Shown piece by piece: positions 56,193-64,000 of a stretch of DNA of 64,000 bases (its first letter is position 1; each line of letters begins with the position of its first letter). The position numbers were made by a program, and so were the translations under genes. The notes beneath the pieces are model-generated. The model ran no database searches, was not told where the DNA came from, and saw nothing but the letters and a program-made list of their open reading frames with translations. The stretch comes from Parasitella parasitica NRRL 2501 (Eukaryota; Fungi; Mucoromycota): NCBI GenBank assembly GCA_025201805.1, contig MU619332.1, positions 6,736-70,735 of the forward strand. The letters run 5' to 3'.

Positions 56193-58319
56193 ATATTTTG
56201 TTATTCTAAACAGGTACGATATGAGGTTATACAGCAAGGGCTACACGTCTTTGATCTGAAAGAGCCTTAACCTTTATCCTGGTGCTCAGATATGTGTTAC
56301 TTTCAGGAATAACCTTCTTGATTTGAAACAGAGACTTTATTCTCCAATTTACACAAGCGTATCACATCACATCATTGGACAATCTTCAATCTTCAATTGA
56401 AGTACATTGCCATGATCTCCTGTCTATAATTATGGCAGATCGTTGTTGTTTGACAACATAAGGGAACGCTCGAATTCTCACGCCATCCAAAATGAATTGT
56501 CAAATCGTCTTGTTCTTGGTAGGTTGACTTAATCCACTACCATATTGAATGTACTTCATCGCCGTTAAAAATGTGTACAGATTCATTTTATTTGTTACCT
56601 CCCAAGAGACATGAGCGCGCTATGGCCACGCTTCCCGCACTTGTATCATGTTCTTGAATCACGTTTTTGGGAATCAAGTCTTGAAGAACCACCATTAGAG
56701 CCTTAGCCAGAATAACTACCAAGAGCACCAGGGACACCACCATGTCTATGCTTGCCTTTGAAGCCACCAGTGCGCTGAAAATTTTGTTGTTCCGTTATTG
56801 ATAAAGCACTGCTGCCACTTGAGCTTGTGCCGTAATTGATAGATGGAATAATGGGAGTCATCGCATTTTGACCCAGACGTTGTAAACCTTCTTCGACTTC
56901 CGTTGTAATGTTAATTGCCTCTATCAAGGTTTTAGGTCCTCGATAGATAACTGCACGGAGTAATTCACTGTTTATGCGTTCTTTAAAGTAACCAATTTGC
57001 ACACCAGGGCGAAAGACTTGTGCTCTGTCTAATAAATCTGAAATCAATGGACCGAATTGCTTCATCGACATTTGACCTTGTCGCAGCTTCTTCAATTCAG
57101 CTAATGCCAGCAACGCAGGGTCATTACCACCACCAAATTGTAGTAAAAATGCCTTCTTCACCTCAGGCCAACCAGTTCAATGCATTATCTGTTAGTACCA
57201 CAGATAATTCCGCCGCCTTTTTATCATCGTCGAAATTAATAATTCGCATAGATGTTCATAATGTTTCAGCCACATTGTTGAGCTTCTGAGGCTGTTCCTT
57301 GATTAAACCTTGAAAGTTTAGTTCGTTTTCTTCTTTCTATATAATCGATCTTCTTCTCTGTAGGTTTGACATCACTTAGAACTGTCGTGGATTGGTCGCC
57401 TTCCTTCTTTTTACCGGAATAATTCCGCCTTTCGATCCGATACTTAGCTTGTGTATAATAGCCTCCTCTAATTCCTTGATGCGAGCAGCAGCATCGCCAG
57501 CTGCTTGATCAATCGATCAGTCAGGTAAAACTGTTTTCTTGGTAACCTGTAAGTACCGCGATACATCAGAGCAAAGTCTAGGGGTAGTTCGAGATCTCTG
57601 CACACGTCTTCATTTGGCCATTGACATTCTTGAACCACTTGCACCAAAGGTTCGGCAGGGATCTTATGAAGTGCATTAACCAGAGTATCGCGTATCTGTG
57701 TACGGGTAGTCTCGATACTTCCATCAAACCCTCTAATTCGCTCTTTCATTTCTTCGATTTTTGCAGCGTAATGACTAATAAGTATCACTGTAATATTTTG
57801 CCGTTCCATAGGAGAAAAGTGTAGGACCAAGTGTTCGACAGCAATATAGGACCATTCAGCAGCAATAATTTCCTCCAGCATGGCTTGACGCCCACCAATG
57901 CACATAGGCATAAAAATCATTATATTCTTTGATTAATAATTTGTACAGCGCCAATTGTTCTTCAACGACAAAAGAAACATCGGACACCGACCCCTCTCCA
58001 TTTTGACTTAAGCTTGGATGATGTTCATCCGGGATGTTCATCACAAATTCGGCAAAGCTTGCAGGAGCAAGGACCCTATCGTCAGCATCAGAACCGCCAG
58101 GCACTGCATTACCATGGTTCATCACTGTAGGTATGCTCGTATGTGAAGTCTTCGAATATCTCGACGTAGTAGTACCAGCCACAGATACATTTGAACTAAC
58201 AGCGGATGGGTGAAGAGAGCTTGATGTAGACGAACGACGTGGTATACCTTCTCCCTCCCCTCCTTCAAAAGAGGAACCGTACGAGTTTAGTTGAGCCAGG
58301 TTGATTTGCCATGCTAGAC

Positions 58320-58329
58320 TTGTCCACCA
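58320..58329 (-). promoter_or_regulatory. Primer-binding site (TGGTGGACAA), probably tRNA-Ala
   Basis: Lies 1 nt inside the 5' LTR; complementary to a tRNA 3' end ...TTGTCCACCA. Confidence 0.6.
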
Positions 58330-58330
58330 A

Positions 58331-58614
58331 TGTAATATTTGTGGCTTACGAACGATATAAGAATAACTCAGATAAAAGACCAGTTAATTGTTATTATACA
58401 ACAACAATTATACAACAGTGTTTAGATAAAAAAAAATCATGTTTATTCATAAAAAATTAGGAAGGCATTTATATTATGTTTACTTGCTGCGACAGTTGCT
58501 ATTACTAATGGTATTAATAATGGTATTTATAATAAGTCGCAGCAAGTGAATAAGCTAGATCATCCTAGCGCCGTCCTACCAGTAATAAGCAATCGGGCTT
58601 TAATGGTTATTACA
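58331..58614 (-). repeat. 5' LTR of the Gypsy element (284 bp)
   Basis: TGTAATA...TATTACA perfect 7-bp terminal inverted repeat, adjacent to the PBS. Confidence 0.82.
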
Positions 58615-58808
58615 ATGTTGTAACAACAGATGTGATCGTATCTCGTAACTCGATAACTTTTTTTTCAAAAAGTGATTTTTGCTTTGTAAGTCCTTCGACT
58701 TTCAACTAATTTACTATTTAACCACTTTAATAAACTCGGATATTGTTATTAACACTAAAATCTGTATCCTTTTTCTTTGAAAAATAATTTAAACTTTATT
58801 GTACAATG

Positions 58809-59284
58809 TGTTGTGCCAGGTCTTGAAAATGAGCACAGCAGGTGGTTGTATGTGATATGAAAATATAAGAATGTAATAAAGACTTAGTTTACCAGATACA
58901 AAACTATTGATTTATTGATTGACAAGAAGCTGTCTATTTATATTAGAATAAATCTATCCAAATCAATCTATAAAATACAATCAGGTCATGTTTGACATTT
59001 AATTGTCAAACAAGATTATAACACAGTAATAGTCAGAGCAAGACCTATTTCTATATTTAATCAGCTAATCATTATGAATGTGAATCATTCATCGATAAGT
59101 TGAGCTTCGCAATTTAGAATAAGTAGAACCCAAATAGATGGTTTCTTATACAAGACATTCTATTGAATACTTCTATTTACTAGATAGAATAATCGATGCT
59201 ATTTAACCTTAGATCCGATTAGGAACGGTTGCCATGACAACTGAGTTGAAATAGTGGTAACCATGGTATTCTATGGATACAACA
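58809..59284. mobile_element. Solo LTR (476 bp)
   Basis: TGTTGT...ACAACA ends with 5-bp TSD CAATG (58804-08, 59285-89). Confidence 0.82.
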
Positions 59285-60337
59285 CAATGCTCGCTTTTTA
59301 TTTTGCATCCATTCCCATTTACGACGTCTGATTAACTCATTTTCTCCAAACTGAGTCTCAAAATTCTGAAATAGACTTCAAGACAGGTCTGCGTTATTGA
59401 CAAAAATTAAGAGGCACTGTCGCTTCGAGAGTAAAAAGAGACCTGCATTGTAATATAATACATCGTAGACCACCGTCACGAAAATGTTGTTTTCAAGATA
59501 GTACTGCTAACTTACTGTTCAAAAGGAGCCACCAAAAATCGATGCAGTTGTGAAAACTATAAATAGCAGATGAATCTTTACCAAAATAACCACAATATTT
59601 CGCATTTCGTTAACATTACATTTTATTTTGTACTTATTTTATTTTCATTTCTACGAATATTAGCAACATAATACCAGATATACTTTATTGATTTAGTAGT
59701 ATTCCTTTGGTTTTTTGTAAGACTTAAACATATTACCAACCAATTTATAACCGACAAATTTCGGTCAAAAACATAAAGTAGGCTATATAACACTTTCTAA
59801 TTAAAAATCGGAGTTTAAATCGGTTATTTTCTAATTTTCAAACTCCGACAGTGTTTCTGAGTTGGCTGGTTTTTGTTTTATCCAAAAATAATGACTTTTC
59901 ATCAAGATAATTGACAAAAACCTTTTCAGATTAGGCCGGACGAAACCAACCTGCCAGAATAATATATTACATTAAAAACAGGAACAACACTCCTTTTAAT
60001 AGATTGGTAGATATCGTACAGCCAAAAATCTAGTTTCAACCATTCAAAATACTATAAGCAGTAAGTTTTAGAGCTAAATCAAAGCCTGTCTTATGCGCCA
60101 TCAAATCAGGCATGATCATCGCTATCTGAGCATAACTTGGTTTCCACTGGGCGATGTCTCTATCAAAAGTTATGTGCAAAAACAGTTTTATTTTTCAATA
60201 TTTATCCTAAATATCACATATTTGCTCATAACTTGTGCTAAAATGATTGTAGAACCGCGATCTAACTTGGAAAACTTAACGTTGACTTGGTGCTATCTGA
60301 AAACAACATTGGCTTTTACGCTTTTTTATATCCATGC

Positions 60338-60552
60338 TGTTTATAGCAATTACATGGCAAGGTCTCACATCAGGATCTCAGATCAGTCCCAGGATCTTAC
60401 AGTAAATCATTGGTAGTCATCATTTAAATTATGCAGCTAGACAGTAGAACCCTATTGTAATGAATGTGTATATAATACATCATTGAGAGATGTATTATGC
60501 ATAAAAGGGTAATTCTTTGGCAGATTTATTTTATAAGACTTTTGACATAACA
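60338..60552 (-). mobile_element. Solo LTR family A, copy 3 (inverted)
   Basis: Reverse-complement match to 52036-52240 over its length; TSD degenerate (CATGC/CATTG). Confidence 0.82.
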
Positions 60553-61073
60553 CATTGTGAAATTACTAGTAAAAAATACATAAAAAATACTTTTTAAAAC
60601 TGTTATTTATTTTTTAGATCAAGCTCGTCAAAATGTCAATTAAAAACTATCTTTTTATACTAGTTAAGGGTAAATGATTGTGGATATGAACCTAAATTAT
60701 ATTGGATTATTCATCCAGGACGTTTTGGCAGCAAGGATTGATAAAGAGATAACCAATGGCGGATTTGACGAGTGTTGGAGTTGTTTCTATTTGTTCTTGA
60801 TATTGGATTACGTCTTCTTAAATCCATGCTAGCCTGGTCTTGATGATTGTAATCTTTGTGGAATATTCTGGGGTAATTTGAAGTTCATATTGATACTATT
60901 TACGGAGATTCTTTTTATGTGATGATCAGTTTATACTGATCTATAACACACATGCTAAGGTTACATATGTAATGACTACATAAGGATTATGTGTAGGTAT
61001 TATGAGTTAAATTCATTTTGTTAATTTTGTAACAAACAAAGTAGAAGCTACAAGTTGTAATTGTGGACCTCTT

Positions 61074-61143
61074 TGTGAAATACATTCACTATAATGATCT
61101 GCATTTCACTTCTTGATTCCTCCAGTTACGTTAAATTGATATA
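61074..61143 (+). repeat. 70-bp direct repeat of 50141-50210 (truncated LTR-like start)
   Basis: 66/70 identity by eye. Confidence 0.85.
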
Positions 61144-63404
61144 ATCTAAATTATGCGTGCACAGTTAAAGCGATAGTATAGCAATTAAATATATAGTGCA
61201 ATAAAATTGCGATCAATTTTATGTGAAAATGAAAAAAAGTAAAAAAATAAAGCCAGAGAAATACAATTATAGTCTTTCCACCTTTATTTTCGATTTATAA
61301 GAAAACTGAAGAAAAGATACATGCTATTTAAGAGAGCTTGTATTTATACTACTTGTAAAATTGCCTCACTACAGTGAGAATGCTTATTTTACAGCTTATT
61401 TGAAGAATGACTTTTGTTAAAAACATTCTCCCACTTGTATTGAGTAGTTGAGATTTCGATGTGTTGGTATTGAAATTGATACTATGATTTTGGGCAGGAT
61501 TGTAATATTTGAGGATCCTGATTATTTCTAATGCGACTGAGCTTTCCTTATTGTTGTTTAATAAACAAGTCATTTCTGGCATCTAGAATTATTGTAATTG
61601 TTAAAACAATTGCATTGTTTATACATGTTTGGAATTTCTTGTTTATTTGTGATTATAAGCAGCGTTATTTAACATTAGCATGTGCCAGGGTTGTAGAAGA
61701 TTGATGTACTTTGATCAGGAGTGCAAGCTTCTGCCAACACTTGTTAATGTTTACTTGTGCTTTTCATGTATTTCTTTCTTGGATGGATCAGCCATGATCC
61801 ATCTGGATTTTATATTAATATAATTGTGGTGCCATATAATGGGTGTCATTTCATTACATATAGAACAGAATTCAAACGTAAAAAAATTTGATTTATTTCA
61901 AATATGAAGCATAATTCTTTATATATCTAAAGTGAAACGTCCCAATATTCAACATCCTCAGTAACATGGCTTCCATTGCCTCAAACTTCGATCACGTGGG
62001 GACAATTAATCAGCAGCACCGCCAGATCAATTTACACTTGTAGCAAATCTGATAAATGTCAAGTTCTTTTTTATGATTACCTTACATCGTTAGTTGAATA
62101 CAACAGTAGGTAAGTTAAAGTGATATAAATTGTTTGTAACTAGGGAGACTGTAAGGACTATTTAAATTGTATATTGAGAAAATAATGAATTATAAAGATC
62201 TAGGGTGGTTTGTGTTAATCGGGCGAAAAAAATAACAATAACAAGAACACAGCAAAATAGACACAATCCAGCGAGGAATAGAGTATAGAAATGCTTCGTT
62301 TGGTATTGTAATTCCCATTCAAGTTTCAAATTTTTGAGAAGTCGGCGTTAAATCAAGCATATCTCATTTTCAAAAGCTAATTATATATATATATAGAAGC
62401 TGTAGAAAACTATAAAAAAATATGTGCGTATGCAACGGAGCGTGAAATAAATGGTCATGTATTTTGATTTGAAATAAGAGCTCTTTCAACAGAGTAAATC
62501 ATGTTGAAAGTCGGGCGAAATAGCTTGAATCAACCAAATTAGGAGATTCGAAATCCAAAAAAGGCGATTTTTTAAGATGTACACTCCGTTCTACTTAATA
62601 ATACGTTAACTAAAAAAAAGTGAAGAAAAGGAAAATTCAATTTATGTTTATTAAAGATAAAATGATAGCTTTTTTTATACTATTTCATAATGTCTATTCC
62701 TTACATATATACTTTCTAGAATTTGAACTTTCAAAGCTGTCAAACATAAAATTGTCAAATCTCCATTTCGAAAATAAAAATGAATGCCCCAAATCAAAAT
62801 GTAACCATGGACTTCAACATTTAGCCATCGGCAGCAATTATAATCCAAAATAAGACACAAAATTCAGATCGACCTTCACCTCAAATAATATTAAGACTCC
62901 AGAATAAACATGCTTCAACACCATTTCAATACTTACTACATGATCAGTGCTCTTAAAACATCACGCGAAAAAACTGCCTTTTTGAGAGTTAGTATAGAGT
63001 AGGGTGAAACCTAAAATAATACGCACATGTCAAATCTATGATACGTTTGTGCTGGTAAGATGTGATATGTGAGTTGGTTTTCTTTATGAAGCAATTTGTT
63101 CTCCTATGTTTGAATTGCCGAGACAGAATGTTTGAACAAAGGATATTCGTATTCGATTTGAGTAATTGTTCCTAAAGGTTTACTGTGTTTCTGATCTGTT
63201 CTTCAATTCGAATAGGCAACAATTAATAAAAGCAAATTACGAAAGAAAAGCTCTTAATGTTTATTTGAAGATCAACTTCTACTTTTAATGTCTCAGGTAC
63301 TGAGTTCTTGGACAGACTACATCTTGTGTATCTTCTCTAATCACGTACTTCCTTTTTTGGTAACCTGAGAATAATTAATCCACGGCACGTATCACAATCT
63401 AAAT

Positions 63405-63487
63405 GGAAAGATGGCCGAGTTGGTCTAAGGCGTCACGTTAAGGTCGTGATCTCTTCGGAGGCGTGGGTTCAAATCCCACTCTTTTCA
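63405..63487 (+). tRNA. tRNA-Leu(AAG), intronless
   Basis: Acceptor GGAAAGA/TCTTTTC, D-arm GCCGAGTTGGTCTAAGGC, anticodon stem TCACG/CGTGA with loop TTAAGGT, long variable arm CTCTTCGGAG, T-loop GGTTCAAATCC, followed by a T-run Pol III terminator. Confidence 0.97.
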
Positions 63488-63701
63488 CTTTTTTGTACTT
63501 TTACTGTTATTAATCAATGTCTTATATTTGTGTTGGCGATCACATAAATTTTGATACATCATTAAGATGGAACGTCTGACGATAGTAGGATAATTGGAAA
63601 AACAAAATTTCACAATTACTCTTGATTACTGTTGACGAAACTAGGTTGGGCCAATGAAAATATATTTTGGTCATTTCCAAATTGAGTTGAGACACGATTA
63701 C

Positions 63702-63884
63702 AAAAATGGGTCACGAATACGAAAATGGGACGTTAATATGAAAGTGGGACATCAACATGAAAATGGGACACATAAGAGAATACGGGACACGAACACAACC
63801 GTGGAACTATACCGAACAGATTCAAAGGGTTTTATTCTTGGTTCAATTTAAGGGCGCAGCCCTGAAAACAGCAACCCTTTCTAG
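63702..63884 (+). mobile_element. Putative Helitron-like 3' end: ~19-nt minisatellite, GC hairpin, CTAG
   Basis: Five degenerate AAA(A/G)TGGGAC-containing units, AGGGC-GCA-GCCCT hairpin (63851-63863), CTAG at 63881-63884. Confidence 0.4.
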
Positions 63885-64000
63885 AACTTGTATCATATTC
63901 TAGTACTTTATGATCCAAGTGCCAAAGCCAAAATTTATTTGTGTACAATTTTTACTTGGCTAACAAGGCCTTTAAGTAATAGCTGAAACAATTCTGCTCG

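Larger units (their letters stand above)
53152..58614 (-). mobile_element. Decayed Ty3/Gypsy LTR retrotransposon (5' LTR, PBS, gag, PR-RT-RH-IN); 3' end truncated
   Basis: Gag capsid-like LKKLRQGQMSMKQF and broken CCHC (*YKCGKRGH); RT WRFCVDY..KDKFP and YLDDL; RNase H YTDHAALK..GRIARW; integrase H..GGHYG..C..CQ, WALDI, LITDNG, HPQTDGLVERMNRTLK; many frameshifts. Confidence 0.93.

Noticed and set aside
50141-61143. 70-bp direct repeats as the paired LTRs of the Gypsy element
   Set aside because: The Gypsy has its own PBS-adjacent LTR at 58331-58614; similarity stops after 70 nt and no shared TSD was found
59300-63300. Short ORFs and MITE-like AT-rich stretches
   Set aside because: No recognisable protein motifs; TIRs and TSDs could not be delimited, so not called as elements
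63702-63799. CRISPR-like repeat-spacer array
   Set aside because: Units are ~19 nt, degenerate, with ~9-nt spacers; eukaryotic context and no cas genes

Overview
AT-rich eukaryotic genomic DNA with short (~50-60 nt) introns and very compact gene spacing, most consistent with an early-diverging Mucorales-type fungus (inferred from gene content and intron style). About 19 protein-coding genes lie between 3.6 and 50 kb: a Zn2Cys6 transcription factor, muskelin, a cytochrome b561-domain protein, NUS1, an unknown coiled-coil/Cys-His protein, a carrier-like membrane protein, a GPI-type S1 protease, HSE1/STAM, GCN2, an SDR, an unknown acidic protein, RPP1/RPP30, an ATO/GPR1 transporter, a GT-A glycosyltransferase, a GH47 mannosidase, a small secreted protein, YRA1/ALYREF, SEN54 and GIS2/CNBP. 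A further gene at 47019-50024 is the standout: after splicing it reads signal peptide, kelch beta-propeller, extra TM, then a two-TM module with DEG/ENaC/ASIC-like motifs, i.e. a candidate receptor-fused ion channel in a fungus. From 50 kb on there are no protein genes: a decayed Ty3/Gypsy element, several TSD-flanked solo LTRs, tRNA-Leu(AAG) and a Helitron-like end. Other leads are a spliced, structured, apparently non-coding locus at ~2.1-2.6 kb and an outsized muskelin intron with complementary ends. All family calls come from motif recognition, not from database searches.
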